Origin: Methanomethylovorans hollandica DSM 15978
GTDB lineage: Archaea > Halobacteriota > Methanosarcinia > Methanosarcinales > Methanosarcinaceae
Direction of reading: 5' to 3'
Assembly (NCBI RefSeq): GCF_000328665.1
Contig: NC_019977.1
Span: forward strand, 2,038,011 to 2,102,010
DNA length: 64,000 nt
Made by a program: the position numbers and the translations under genes. Shown piece by piece: positions 42,312 to 52,926 of the stretch (the first letter of the stretch is position 1; the number at the start of each line of letters is the position of its first letter). The notes below the pieces were generated by a model. It worked only from the letters and a program-made list of their open reading frames with translations, searched no databases and was not told the DNA's origin.

Positions 42312-43268
42312 TCATACCAGTTTGAATATGGGGTGGTTCGGGTCCTTAACCTCAAGACCAAGTTCCTTTGCAGTTTCGGCCAGCATGATATCTACCATGG
42401 CTGTTGCAGGGAACACTTTGTCAGTGTTCTCAATTGGACCGAAAAGCTGGAAGTTTGAACCGAGCACCTGTGGCACAAGGTTTGTACCTATATCTGCCGG
42501 CATGTAGATTGCCTGCTTTTCTTCCTTTGTCTCGAACTTCTTCTTGTAGTTCTTCATCCAGTCCCATGCAGATGCCATGTTGTGGTATCCACCGCCCACA
42601 GGAAGACCAAGGTGCCCCTTGATCGCCAGGACTGCTCTCATGGATGCACCGGAACCAGCTCCCAATGGTGTTGCTGCCACATCGACCAATGGTTTTGTGA
42701 TACCACATTCCTTGGCAATCTCAAGCATTCCCTTTGTCTGGCCTGTACCACCGGTCTCAAGGATCTCGAGCTTACCTTTTACACTTGGGTCAGTTGCATT
42801 GAATGCAAGGACAATAGAACAGTTGATGTCACTTTCCCTGACTGCTTCCATCTCGTCCGGGTGGATACTGGCATTGATAGAGTTGTAGATAGCCCTGTCA
42901 GCTACACCGATCTCTGTAACGTGCTTCGCGGCTGCTGCACGAACATCGCCTGCTGAAGAGTCGATAAGGAAGGGAGTCTTATCATCAAGCTCAACAAACC
43001 AGTCAATGTACTTTGTGATCGCTTCAGGAGTTTCTCCCACGATCTGGTTGACATATGGGTTACCTGTGGTTGCACCCATCTCCTGAATGTTATGCCACAG
43101 ATTTTCTGCAGCTGCCTTGTCGAATATACCTTTATCTTCATCTGACACGATCTTGTGCCTTGCATAGAACATCGTACCTACAAGTACTGTTGGGTATTCT
43201 CCGGGCTGGCCACCGAACTTGACGCTGCCTACCTCGTATACCTCTTGCTTTTTATCAAATCTGAACAT
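42312..43268 (-). CDS. mtrH: N5-methyl-H4SPT:CoM methyltransferase subunit H
   Basis: GGQPGEYPTVL.G, PFLIDS, YNSIN, HNMASAWDW. Confidence 0.97.
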   Translation of the reverse strand: MFRFDKKQEVYEVGSVKFGGQPGEYPTVLVGTMFYARHKIVSDEDKGIFDKAAAENLWHNIQEMGATTGNPYVNQIVGETPEAITKYIDWFVELDDKTPFLIDSSAGDVRAAAAKHVTEIGVADRAIYNSINASIHPDEMEAVRESDINCSIVLAFNATDPSVKGKLEILETGGTGQTKGMLEIAKECGITKPLVDVAATPLGAGSGASMRAVLAIKGHLGLPVGGGYHNMASAWDWMKNYKKKFETKEEKQAIYMPADIGTNLVPQVLGSNFQLFGPIENTDKVFPATAMVDIMLAETAKELGLEVKDPNHPIFKLV

Positions 43269-43280
43269 TTGTACACCTCT

Positions 43281-43511
43281 TTATCCAAATAACCATGGTT
43301 TTATTGACAGGTAAACAAGGAATATTAGTATTCCGGCAACGGCTCCATACAGTATTCCAATGTCCCTTCCAACCTTCCTACCTATCCTCTGTGCGACTTC
43401 ACTGTGGACGAACTCTATTTTCTCGTCTATCTTGTTAAGTCTCTCCAGCACTTCAGCGAAATCCGCTGGGTCTGTGACCACGCTGGGTACTCTATCGCTT
43501 CTTTCGGTCAT
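43281..43511 (-). CDS. mtrG: Mtr subunit G
   Basis: EKIEF..E.AQR.G.K.GRDIGILYG. Confidence 0.95.
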   Translation of the reverse strand: MTERSDRVPSVVTDPADFAEVLERLNKIDEKIEFVHSEVAQRIGRKVGRDIGILYGAVAGILIFLVYLSIKPWLFG

Positions 43512-43744
43512 TAGTAAATCACCTGCCAGATGATCAATGGAAGAACTACTGCCATAAGAATGGCAAATATAAAACCAGCAGCAAAACCAATGAATCCTGT
43601 TGCACTTACACCGGAATCAAGCTTCTGGTTCCTTGCAATGAGCTGGGCGCGGGCCCTTATGTCCGCTACAACATTATCTATAGGTCCCATCTGAGGTGAG
43701 ATGACCATAGGGACACCTTTATCATATTCCAACTGTTCAGCCAT
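43511..43744 (-). CDS. mtrF: Mtr subunit F
   Basis: [12 protein letters not shown] plus TM helix; operon position. Confidence 0.93.
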   Translation of the reverse strand: MAEQLEYDKGVPMVISPQMGPIDNVVADIRARAQLIARNQKLDSGVSATGFIGFAAGFIFAILMAVVLPLIIWQVIY

Positions 43745-43745
43745 G

Positions 43746-44471
43746 TTAGTTACCTCCCAGCAGAAGACCCAGTATTGTCAGAGTAATACCCAGGCCGATC
43801 ATTATACCTTCTACCTTACCGGCATGGACACCTGCATGGAACTTGTTGAGGTTACCGATACCCATCATCTCTTTGTTGACACTGAGTATACGGCTCCTTA
43901 CAGTAGCCATCTCTGCAGCCATTGGCTTGAGGCCACCTGCTTCTTCCTTCTCTTCTTCTCCTCCCTCCCCTATCTTCAGGAGCATAGGCTCTGCATCATA
44001 GGCTCCGGGGTCCTTTGCAGCATACTCTTTGATCTTTGCTACAATTGCATTGGTATCTTCTGTTCCTATGAAGTTGACACATTCGACCTGTTGCTGGAAC
44101 CTTTCTATGGCTTCTGCCGTAAGGTTCTCTATATAGGGAATAGCACCTACTGCACCAACTATCCTGTTATCTTTAACACCGTTCTGGTGCATCTTCAGGA
44201 TTGCATCACCGGTAACGTGTCCTTTGACCTCTGAACCGGTTACAATGAGAAATCTTATGTTAGGATTGGAGATTATGTGTACAACTACCTTCTCTATACC
44301 CAGGTTCTCTGTCTTACAGGGCCCAGTGATGCAGGCTCCTGCATCAAGTTGAGGACCACCGGTAAGGTGTGAACCCAGGGTGATGACAGCAACACAGTTC
44401 TTTACATCTCCTACTTCATATTCACCTTTAAGTACAGGCCACTGTGGTGCTGGCTCTCTCTTATCTACCAT
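43746..44471 (-). CDS. mtrA: Mtr subunit A (corrinoid protein)
   Basis: [27 protein letters not shown]. Confidence 0.97.
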   Translation of the reverse strand: MVDKREPAPQWPVLKGEYEVGDVKNCVAVITLGSHLTGGPQLDAGACITGPCKTENLGIEKVVVHIISNPNIRFLIVTGSEVKGHVTGDAILKMHQNGVKDNRIVGAVGAIPYIENLTAEAIERFQQQVECVNFIGTEDTNAIVAKIKEYAAKDPGAYDAEPMLLKIGEGGEEEKEEAGGLKPMAAEMATVRSRILSVNKEMMGIGNLNKFHAGVHAGKVEGIMIGLGITLTILGLLLGGN

Positions 44472-44472
44472 C

Positions 44473-44796
44473 TCACATCACTCCCATAGTTTTTAGCACA
44501 TACATCACGATGAGCAGCAGACCTGCAACTCCAAGACCTACAATTATTCCGTAGAAGGAATTTCCATATATACCGGCAATGTAGGATGTATTTTCACGAC
44601 CGGGGAATGAGTTCATAAGTGGCCGGTCAGGTGCAAGGGAGTTCACCAGATCATCCGCTATCTTGTCCAGTTCATCAATCTTTGCAAGTATGGGATCCAT
44701 TGAATACTGGATAATATCGGGACGTTCCTCTGCCAGTAAAGAGGTTAATGGATCAAGCACCAGGTGCGCTTCTGGTGCAACGTGTATCATGCTCAT
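44473..44796 (-). CDS. mtrB: Mtr subunit B
   Basis: APE..LVLDP, PGRE, FYG plus TM helix. Confidence 0.95.
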   Translation of the reverse strand: MSMIHVAPEAHLVLDPLTSLLAEERPDIIQYSMDPILAKIDELDKIADDLVNSLAPDRPLMNSFPGRENTSYIAGIYGNSFYGIIVGLGVAGLLLIVMYVLKTMGVM

Positions 44797-45620
44797 TCTA
44801 ACTCCTCCTCAGATGGCAGTAACCCAGTTCCAACTACTTTGAAGGCATCTCTCTTGACACGTTCATAGAATCCCATGAACCCAATGTACCAGAGGAATAT
44901 ACCTATAATGATGGTTACCATACCAGCTGATGCATTCTGCACAGACAATGCTACTATACCTGCTATGATCATTGCTATAGCACTTTTTTCAAATGCAGTA
45001 TACAGAGTACGGTCCTGCTTTTCATCCGGGCCGAGGTTTGCATTGAACGGGTGAAGCATAGCCATACCGCCTGCAATGAAGATCACTGCGATGTAACCTG
45101 TGGTGATGACCTCTGTAAGCACAACATCGAACGTGAATGTGCCTGTCATTGCAACAGCAAGACCAATGATCAATATGGTCCCTGATGCAGCTATCTCTGT
45201 CATTGACTGTTCCATTACAGGGATATTCATATTCAGGACCTTGTTAGCAAAGATACCAATAACTAAACCAATTATTGATGCCACTACAACAGCTACCACA
45301 GGACCGGCGATTTCAATACCCAATCCTTTACCTACTGCAAGGCCGAACATGGCTGCAACGACACCCATACCTAAGGCCAGCATGCCTATAGAAGGTACAC
45401 CGGTACCAAGACCATAGCTTGCCACTCTTCTAACGGCTGCAGCGCCCCATATAGTAGCGCATATAGCACCAAGAGCACCCATGAATGATAAGACGCCGCC
45501 TGCTACATTTGACAGGAAATATGCTGCATATATTCCTACAAGGCCTCCGATTATACCGAAAGCTATTAGCTGATTCTGTGGGATAGCTGCATGAGCTTCC
45601 CCGCTTCCTCCTGCTGACAT
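44793..45620 (-). CDS. mtrC: Mtr subunit C
   Basis: [21 protein letters not shown]. Confidence 0.96.
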   Translation of the reverse strand: MSAGGSGEAHAAIPQNQLIAFGIIGGLVGIYAAYFLSNVAGGVLSFMGALGAICATIWGAAAVRRVASYGLGTGVPSIGMLALGMGVVAAMFGLAVGKGLGIEIAGPVVAVVVASIIGLVIGIFANKVLNMNIPVMEQSMTEIAASGTILIIGLAVAMTGTFTFDVVLTEVITTGYIAVIFIAGGMAMLHPFNANLGPDEKQDRTLYTAFEKSAIAMIIAGIVALSVQNASAGMVTIIIGIFLWYIGFMGFYERVKRDAFKVVGTGLLPSEEELE

Positions 45621-45621
45621 C

Positions 45622-46374
45622 TTACATACCTCCTATGGTGACCACTGCCAGAACAGCACAGAGAAGGGTAACGACTAAAGAAGTGATCGCTGCCTTTGGC
45701 CATTTCTTGAACTTCGGGTCATGGAAACCTTCTATGGTTCCTCCAATGTTGTATGATGGAATAACCGCGTTCATGAAGAATATACCTACTGCGAAAATAC
45801 TGGCAAGGCCCACCAGTTGATGACCTGTTGCACTCATGATATCCTTAATGGTCAATCCTGCAGCAACTTCTCCCATCTTCAGCAGTGCATAATAAACAGT
45901 GCCTCCGCCAAGTCCTCCAAGCCCTGCTCCGATAACACCGCTCACAAATGAAACGGTTGGGATCGCATGGCCTTCAGTACCCTGGGATATGTAAAGGTCC
46001 TGCCTGTCCTTTGTTATAGGGTCGTATTTTACTTTTGCTGATGCTGCGGGACAACCCACACCATAGAAGTAGACCCATTGACCTACAATCATGGTAACAG
46101 CTATCATGATCATACCACCCACTGCACCTGAGGCAAGCACCAATCCAATATTATCAGTAACGCCCATCATTGAACCTGCTGTGACCAGGCCTGTAAGACC
46201 TGCTCCGGCAGCCAATTGCACGGTACCTGTTCCGATACCGGTTGCCTGGGCCATTGCAGCTGGCGCACCGCCTACTGGCACGAAGTGAACGCTAACAGAT
46301 ACAAGGACACCTCCGAGGGTGATAAGCAACATATACATTATGTTATCTGCAATTAATCCTACTATATCTATCAT
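45622..46374 (-). CDS. mtrD: Mtr subunit D
   Basis: [30 protein letters not shown]. Confidence 0.96.
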   Translation of the reverse strand: MIDIVGLIADNIMYMLLITLGGVLVSVSVHFVPVGGAPAAMAQATGIGTGTVQLAAGAGLTGLVTAGSMMGVTDNIGLVLASGAVGGMIMIAVTMIVGQWVYFYGVGCPAASAKVKYDPITKDRQDLYISQGTEGHAIPTVSFVSGVIGAGLGGLGGGTVYYALLKMGEVAAGLTIKDIMSATGHQLVGLASIFAVGIFFMNAVIPSYNIGGTIEGFHDPKFKKWPKAAITSLVVTLLCAVLAVVTIGGM

Positions 46375-47276
46375 GCTGCTTCCTCTTTATCTTCTTTGTA
46401 GGGACCGAATGCTTTCCTTGCCTGGATTTCGATCTTTCTGTTATAGATGATCATAATGAAGACAATGAGAGCTCCTGCAATAACAGACTCCCATCCGGCC
46501 GTGGGGCCTTTTGACGGATCGAAAACAGTAGTTATCCATCCACTAAGGAAGACTGTCATACCAAAGGCAATACCCGTTACAGGTCCTCCGAACTTTGCAC
46601 AGAACCAGGAATTATCCATACTGCTCCTGATCCCGGATTCTGCCTTTCTTACGATCTTACCGGAGTTTGCGGTGTTAAGACCGGAACCGAACTCCACATC
46701 CTGGAACTCACGCTCGGCACCATAGTGCACATCACCTGTGGATGAGCCGATAGCGCCAACGGTGATACCCCATATGAATGCCAGTAGCGGAAGCGGGAAG
46801 GGATGAGCAAAAACAGTCATCATTAAGTAAGATACTACAAGAATAGAGAATGTTGTTATGAATGAGTATCCCATTATTGCCGGCGTGTGAGAACGCAGCA
46901 CATCAAGGTATACCATCTGTTTGAAACGTTTCTGGCTGGAGCATCTGCCCATGTATGAAGTTACTGCATATGTTCCGTGTACCATGGCTGCGACCAGTGA
47001 TCCTATGGTCAGTGCAAGCACTGCGGAAAAGTTGGCGTTCAACATAACATAAGCTATAGTTCCACCGATAGCACACATAAGAGCGTTCGATGGTGGTTCT
47101 CCAGAAATGGCTTTATTATAGATCCTGTGTGGATACGACATCTGGGGCGCAAGTTGCACTTGAGAGTTAGGGTTACTCTGAGATCCGATATCGGATTCCA
47201 GATCTTCTGATGCACCTGCTATGGTAGCAGCAGCACCCATAAGTGCTAACGCGCCCATGCCTATGAGCGGGTCCAT
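46371..47276 (-). CDS. mtrE: Mtr subunit E
   Basis: [28 protein letters not shown]; start ATG 47276 after GGAGG. Confidence 0.97.
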   Translation of the reverse strand: MDPLIGMGALALMGAAATIAGASEDLESDIGSQSNPNSQVQLAPQMSYPHRIYNKAISGEPPSNALMCAIGGTIAYVMLNANFSAVLALTIGSLVAAMVHGTYAVTSYMGRCSSQKRFKQMVYLDVLRSHTPAIMGYSFITTFSILVVSYLMMTVFAHPFPLPLLAFIWGITVGAIGSSTGDVHYGAEREFQDVEFGSGLNTANSGKIVRKAESGIRSSMDNSWFCAKFGGPVTGIAFGMTVFLSGWITTVFDPSKGPTAGWESVIAGALIVFIMIIYNRKIEIQARKAFGPYKEDKEEAA

Positions 47277-47680
47277 ATATTTTCCTCCTACATCTTTGTC
47301 TTCTGATTGTGAATTAATTCTATTATATGGATAATATTTGTCCATCATATAGTAAGTAGTGTCAATGATGGTAATATATTACCATTCGCTGAAATTGAAG
47401 ATACTGTCTCATTATAAACCTTTCGAAGAAAAACTCGCATTGCATAGAGCTATTTTTTATCTTAGTTATATTATAATTAGAGATATGTCAGAACATTACA
47501 TATGACAGTAGAGTTTAAATACTACTATACGCTTTTGTCTAGGCCAACCGGATTTTTAAAATATTCAAATTCTAGAATATAGAAGTTTTTTCTGCGTGTG
47601 CCCTGTTAAATACAAAGCCTATGGTACATTTTGGCAGTCAACCACAAATATCTTATTACCAGGATATCACCTGATAGTAT

Positions 47681-48493
47681 ATGATAATTGGAGCATCTTC
47701 CTTTGCAGGTTCCCTCTCTGAGCTGTCAGATGAAGTAAGATCTGTGGAACTATACATACCCAAAATGCATGTATATAATGGTCCAAGGCTGGACCGTGAT
47801 GTACTGTCAACGATCCTCGATGAGCTCTCTACTTTGAACCTCATGACCTCGATACATGCCCCCTACTCTGCCCAATCATCCACCTATCCTAAAGACCTGC
47901 AAGTAGACACTGCAAATATGGAACCAAAAGATTTCAGGCTCATGCGTGAATCCATTGAACTTGCAGCAAGCCTGGGCTCAAAAGCAGTTGTCCTTCATCC
48001 CGGCAGGATCACTGGTGATCGTGAACTTTCCTTTATGAACATGGTATCCAATCTGAAGCAGCTTGCAGTACAGGCAGCTGACTTCGGGGTGATGCTGGGA
48101 CTTGAGAATAAGGAAGGTACAGACCCCACAAACCTCTGCTGCCAGGCAGAGGAACTTATGGCTGCAGTGGAAGCCGTGAATTCGGATAATCTGAATATCA
48201 CACTGGATATCGGACACGCAAACCTTACATGCGATGGTGATCCTGAAGAATTGCGGACATTTGTCAGAACTGTAGCACCCCGTGTGATACACATGCACAT
48301 GCATGATAACAATGGTAGGTGGACCAGTACGTACGACGGGGACGAGCACCTGGCCCCTGGCAAAGGTACTGTAGACTATACAGTATTAAAGGAGATACAT
48401 AACTATAGAGGCATCTACAATCTTGAAGTGTTCTCCATGACGGAAGTTATCCAAGGTAAAACTACATTAATGAATTGTCTGGACATCATTTGA
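47681..48493 (+). CDS. Sugar phosphate isomerase/AP endonuclease family 2 TIM-barrel protein
   Basis: IHAP, VLHPG, LEN, LDIGHA, HMHDN, DEHL.PG.G, LE. Confidence 0.88.
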   Translation: MIIGASSFAGSLSELSDEVRSVELYIPKMHVYNGPRLDRDVLSTILDELSTLNLMTSIHAPYSAQSSTYPKDLQVDTANMEPKDFRLMRESIELAASLGSKAVVLHPGRITGDRELSFMNMVSNLKQLAVQAADFGVMLGLENKEGTDPTNLCCQAEELMAAVEAVNSDNLNITLDIGHANLTCDGDPEELRTFVRTVAPRVIHMHMHDNNGRWTSTYDGDEHLAPGKGTVDYTVLKEIHNYRGIYNLEVFSMTEVIQGKTTLMNCLDII

Positions 48494-48919
48494 GTTGTCT
48501 TCGACCTGCGAAAATGTGTAATTAGGCGGTACCACCAATACTAGCTTTTCTGAAAGCTCCAGCACCTTAGCAGTGACAGAGCCCATTATTTTCTTTAGAC
48601 CACTTTTACCCTGGTTACCCATGACTATAAGATCAACTTCATATCGATTAGCCACATCCACGATTTGTGCAGGTGCATTTCCTTCTTCTACGACCTTCTT
48701 TATCCTGGAACTGTCAAAACCTATCTCGATCAGTATATTTTCGATAGAAGAGAAAAGAACATCAGCTCCATCTTTCTGCCATGATTTCATACCCATGCCT
48801 TTATCTGCAAGTACATGAAGAATAATGAACTCATTATGCTCATTTCCTATCCTTTTAGTGACACGCGCAGCATTTTCTGAATATGTAGAGCCATCAGTGG
48901 GTAGTAAGATCTTCATCAT
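48467..48919 (-). CDS. Universal stress protein
   Basis: ILLPTDGS, DLIVMG.QG, GSVT.KV. Confidence 0.9.
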   Translation of the reverse strand: MMKILLPTDGSTYSENAARVTKRIGNEHNEFIILHVLADKGMGMKSWQKDGADVLFSSIENILIEIGFDSSRIKKVVEEGNAPAQIVDVANRYEVDLIVMGNQGKSGLKKIMGSVTAKVLELSEKLVLVVPPNYTFSQVEDNSNDVQTIH

Positions 48920-49011
48920 TCCTTCATTAGAGTTAAATATATTAAAGCCCTTTGAATTGAAATTGTACTATAGTGGCTGCAATACAAATTTGGAATTTCA
49001 GGAGACAAGGC

Positions 49012-49479
49012 ATGAAGTACCAGAAGTTCAGAAAAATGGATAGCAAAAAATACCTAGAGGTTACCCGATTCCTGAAAAGGACAACACACCTTACTGCAAG
49101 AGAGTGGGTGATAGCTCACCTTTGCGCAGATTTCAAAGATGCATCCAATAGATCTGAGATGACATGGATAGGCTCCAATCTTAAAGAACTTGTTCCTTTT
49201 ATGGAAGAAGAGTATACTCGCCAGGAAGTTTCAAATGCAAGAGCAGTGTTCAAAAAAAAGGTTCAGCGCAGTGGCACTACCTTCTTTTATGCATATTATG
49301 CAGGCCTCATTACACAGGAAGAAATGATAGGCATGATACATAAGATGGTACAGGACATGAAAAAACTTATCGAAACTGAAGGTGGGGAGATTCCGGCAGA
49401 ACATGCGACCGAAGTGCAGATGCTTGTAGCAGATGTGCTGAGAAAGATCAATGAATCAATGGAAGAAGATTTTTATTAA
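49012..49479 (+). CDS. DUF5806-like conserved archaeal protein
   Basis: TAREW.IA.LC.DF, EMT.IG.NL..LVPFM motifs; AGGAG RBS. Confidence 0.75.
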   Translation: MKYQKFRKMDSKKYLEVTRFLKRTTHLTAREWVIAHLCADFKDASNRSEMTWIGSNLKELVPFMEEEYTRQEVSNARAVFKKKVQRSGTTFFYAYYAGLITQEEMIGMIHKMVQDMKKLIETEGGEIPAEHATEVQMLVADVLRKINESMEEDFY

Positions 49480-49483
49480 GATA

Positions 49484-49756
49484 TTAAATCCTTTTTTCCA
49501 TATACCCTTCGTAATAAGCAAGCATGTGCTTTTCAATGCGCCTCAGATGATGAGCCTGTACCCTTGAAATATAAAGCTTATTGGGTCCTATCTGCATAAC
49601 GATATCCGAATCCTTCGGAGCTTTCATCTCAACTGGCACGATCACAGGCCCCCCACATGTAGTGCACAACCTGAAGTCTCCTTTACGTTCCGATATGAAA
49701 GCTCTGACCTCCGGATCAACATCAAAGATGCTCTGATTTTTTTCCATGCCAAACAT
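49484..49756 (-). CDS. Small conserved hypothetical protein with CxxC
   Basis: DFRLCTTCGGPVI.P...PK.SD...LYISRVQ; start 49747 or 49756. Confidence 0.7.
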   Translation of the reverse strand: MFGMEKNQSIFDVDPEVRAFISERKGDFRLCTTCGGPVIVPVEMKAPKDSDIVMQIGPNKLYISRVQAHHLRRIEKHMLAYYEGYMEKRI

Positions 49757-49843
49757 GCATAAAACACCAACTATATGTATCTTGCTGAAACTTGCCCGAG
49801 AATATCTTAAATACAAGAGATAGAAATATTATAAAATATATAT

Positions 49844-50284
49844 ATGCATATATATATACCCAGAGTTATGGTATCATTGATATTGATAGCAGCCATCTGC
49901 CTTTGTGGTTATATCGAGAAAAAAGAGGAAGAAATTCCATTATATACTGACCCTGGATACCCGAATACTTATTTTGCCCATCCTGTCCTGGGCTGGCACC
50001 TGAACAAGACATCCCATGTGTATGAAGCTCAAGGACAGTCAGCGGCTTTCCTGTATTATACTTCCGACCCTTTGCTGAGCACCCGGGAAGGTGATCTTAA
50101 ATTAAGGATCCACACAACTGAAAAGGATCCTAACGATCTTGAGACTTTGAGGGGACTTGGCACAGACATACTCACAGTTTCTGTTGATGGCACCACTATA
50201 GCATGTTATATCCCAATCGGTAGTCTGCAAGAGCTTGGAACCCTTGACTTCGTGAAAGATGTAAGTTCTGAGAAAAAGGAGTAA
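49844..50284 (+). CDS. Membrane-anchored/secreted hypothetical protein
   Basis: N-terminal hydrophobic helix; 146-aa ORF. Confidence 0.6.
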   Translation: MHIYIPRVMVSLILIAAICLCGYIEKKEEEIPLYTDPGYPNTYFAHPVLGWHLNKTSHVYEAQGQSAAFLYYTSDPLLSTREGDLKLRIHTTEKDPNDLETLRGLGTDILTVSVDGTTIACYIPIGSLQELGTLDFVKDVSSEKKE

Positions 50285-50341
50285 ATCGTCAAAAAGGATC
50301 ATCAGGGAATTTTAAATCACATGAAGTACTAACTAAAGGCC

Positions 50342-50632
50342 ATGTTGATGCGTGATAGGAATAAACTGGTCATATGGCCAGCCTATATAGACAAGAACAG
50401 ATCAAGAAGCCAGGGACGTATTATTTCAAGAAAATCCTCCGTTGGAGAACCAACTCTCACTGAGATAGAGAAAGCAGCATTGAAGCTCGGCCTTAATCCA
50501 GAAGTCGAAAAAGAGAAGTCCTACCCCAGATCATGGTGGGAAAAGAGCGGCAGAGTCCTTATTGATAATACGGCTCCGAAAACACAGCTTTCAAGAAAAA
50601 TAGCTGCAGCTATAAAAGAGATACGTGCATAA
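50342..50632 (+). CDS. srp19: Signal recognition particle protein SRP19
   Basis: IWPAYID...R.QGR, P.L.EI..A, YPR.WW..GRV. Confidence 0.93.
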   Translation: MLMRDRNKLVIWPAYIDKNRSRSQGRIISRKSSVGEPTLTEIEKAALKLGLNPEVEKEKSYPRSWWEKSGRVLIDNTAPKTQLSRKIAAAIKEIRA

Positions 50633-50687
50633 ATAACAGAAAGCCGATCTGGAAAAAAACAGAAAAAAAAACTGAATATAATAAGAA

Positions 50688-50861
50688 TTATGGCCAGAGG
50701 CCATACATAGCATTGAGCATTATGATAGCAAAACCAATAACTACACCGAATACCAGCACAGATTTTGGATCGATGTGAATTGCCTTCTTATCCGCTTCAT
50801 AATAACGCATCAGACCGGCTGAGGACATCAACCCGCTACCACTTGAACTTTTCTTAGACAT
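50688..50861 (-). CDS. secG: Preprotein translocase subunit SecG/Sec61beta (57 aa, not in ORF track)
   Basis: Manual translation MSKKSSSGSGLMSSAGLMRYYEADKKAIHIDPKSVLVFGVVIGFAIIMLNAMYGLWP; AGGAG RBS. Confidence 0.92.
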   Translation of the reverse strand: MSKKSSSGSGLMSSAGLMRYYEADKKAIHIDPKSVLVFGVVIGFAIIMLNAMYGLWP

Positions 50862-50950
50862 ATTTTCTCCTGCTGATAAATAGGCTATATTTATATTAGT
50901 GCTTTATGCTGAATTGCATTTAACCATTTAAAGCCTTATGGTCTAAGCGA

Positions 50951-51970
50951 TCAAATGAAGAGTTCTTCCAGCAGAAATGGAGGATAATATACCCCCTTTT
51001 CTGTGATAAGAGCAGTGATATTTTCCATAGGGGTTGCATCGAATGCCGGATTATATACCTTTACATCTTTTGGAGCTATTGCTTTTCCATTACAGAAACG
51101 CAACTCATCCTCGTCCCTTAGTTCAATGGGTACAGTTTCCTCCCACCCTTCAAGATCAAAGGTAGATAGGGGTGCAGCTACATAGAAAGGTATCTCGTGC
51201 TCCTTTGCAAGCACAGAATGGGTATATGTCCCTATCTTGTTAAAAACCACGTCACCTGTTATCCTGTCAGCTCCCACTATAACCTTATCTATGAAACCGT
51301 TTCTCATCAGGTGTCCTGACATAGAATCCGCTATCAGAGTGACAGGGATATTATCCTGCATCAGTTCCCAGGCAGTGATCCTGCCCCCCTGGTTAAGCGG
51401 CCGGGTCTCGCATGCTACCACCTGTATTTGCTTACCATCTTCCACTGCCGAACGTATCACACCAAGTGCTGTACCCCAGTCCACACAGGCCATCCTGCCT
51501 GCATTGCAGTGAGTGAGCACCACGTCACCATCTTCCAGCAATCTGGCACCATGTTCCCCTATTTTCCTGTTCTTGGCTACATCTTCATCTGCCATCCTTT
51601 TTGCCTCCGATAGTGCCACAATTCTTATACCTTTCAGATCATACGTATCGTTGATGGCATGCAATATCCTGTCAACACCCCACGCAAGGTTGACAGCAGT
51701 GGGTCTTGTAGCCTTTATGGTCTTTGCCGCAATTTGCATGTCTTTTAACAATGCATCCATATCCTTGGCACTACTAAGCCTGGCTGCAAGAGCCATACCA
51801 TACCCACCTGCGACCCCCAGAGCCGGAGCTCCGCGCACTCTGAGAGACATGATGGCCTCACACAAAGATGCGAGAGTCGTACATTCAATCACTTTGTATT
51901 CTGCCGGAAGCAGAGTCTGATCGGTCATTACTATTGAATTTGATTCATCATCCCAGTCTATTGTCCTCAT
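50951..51970 (-). CDS. mtnA: Methylthioribose-1-phosphate isomerase (eIF2B-like family)
   Basis: DQTLLP, VRGAPA, RPTAVNL, THCNAG, ETRP, NKIGT, NPAFD; start MRTIDW. Confidence 0.92.
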   Translation of the reverse strand: MRTIDWDDESNSIVMTDQTLLPAEYKVIECTTLASLCEAIMSLRVRGAPALGVAGGYGMALAARLSSAKDMDALLKDMQIAAKTIKATRPTAVNLAWGVDRILHAINDTYDLKGIRIVALSEAKRMADEDVAKNRKIGEHGARLLEDGDVVLTHCNAGRMACVDWGTALGVIRSAVEDGKQIQVVACETRPLNQGGRITAWELMQDNIPVTLIADSMSGHLMRNGFIDKVIVGADRITGDVVFNKIGTYTHSVLAKEHEIPFYVAAPLSTFDLEGWEETVPIELRDEDELRFCNGKAIAPKDVKVYNPAFDATPMENITALITEKGVYYPPFLLEELFI

Positions 51971-52183
51971 GGTATCTGCTTTGTAAAGGTGCAAAGAAGG
52001 ATAAAAATATGGAGGTTGGTACATGAGTCGGTAAGTCCGAAGATCGTGCCAGCAAGTCACGTGTGGAATTTGTTTATTGGAGCCGGACATTCTTCCTGGA
52101 AAACTTATTCCCTTTCATATTTTATGATAAATAATAAATATACTAAATTATATAATAAATGCTCAATCACTTGAGGAGAAAAT

Positions 52184-52838
52184 ATGCATCTTTCCAATTA
52201 CATTGGTAAGTACTGGACCGGAGCAGAGGTTATCTATGCAGTGATCCTCGCAATGACCTTCACCAGTTTCCTTAGGACTTAAATTGCCATGCCAGTAGGA
52301 TCATACTTCCCTATAATATATTCTGCACTTTTCTGCTGTATTGCATGAGGGATCGCTGATGGTGCATTCTATATATGGAAGAGAAATTATAATCTCGGGA
52401 TAGAGAAATATAATAGAAATATGTAAGTCAGACCTGAAAGGAGAAGCTGCGATTTACCTGATCAGCGAAAAGCTTGAAAATACTATTATTAGCAACATTT
52501 CTGAAGAAAAGAGACTTGAATTATACAGAGATCTTATATTGCATCTTGCAGCAACCGGGGAAAAAGAAACAGTATCTACCCGGGAAGTGCTGGCTATAAT
52601 CGTGGTCACATCCCTGATATCCACAGCTTCAGGAGTCACAGTTGTCCTGCCGTTCTTTCTGGCGGACAAGCTGATCCATGCACTTGCTTAGTCTAATCTG
52701 CTGGGAATATTGCTATTGTTTATCACCGGCTACTACAGAACATACGAAAAGAACCTTTACGGCAAGGTGAGATCAGGATTTGGCACTACGGTCATAGGCA
52801 TGTCGATTGCAGCGATAACGATCGTATTGGGAGGTTAA
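52184..52838 (+). pseudogene. Disrupted VIT1/CCC1-like membrane protein gene
   Basis: GAGGAG RBS, then MHLSNYIGKYWTGAEVIYAVILAMTFT..., FCCIA-stop-GIADG, ALA-stop-SNLLGILLLF, ending ITIVLGG-stop; several stops and frameshifts. Confidence 0.72.
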
Positions 52839-52926
52839 GGGTATAAAGTGGCTGATAAGACCTGGTCAGGCATTTAAGATCGCATTTGCCTTTCCTTTAT
52901 ATATCCTCTTATCCTAATATAATCCA

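Noticed and set aside
46371..47348. Extended N-termini in the ORF track (mtrE, USP, mtnA, purM, apgM, dCMP deaminase, tnpB)
   Set aside because: Downstream ATGs match family N-termini, and an RBS where one is visible; the extensions are longest-ORF artefacts
49836..49857. 22-bp palindrome ATATATATATGCATATATATAT
   Set aside because: Low-complexity AT repeat that is self-complementary by nature
52681..52700. In-frame TAG in the VIT-like gene as a pyrrolysine codon
   Set aside because: The same gene also has TAA and TGA stops and frameshifts, so it is decay rather than recoding
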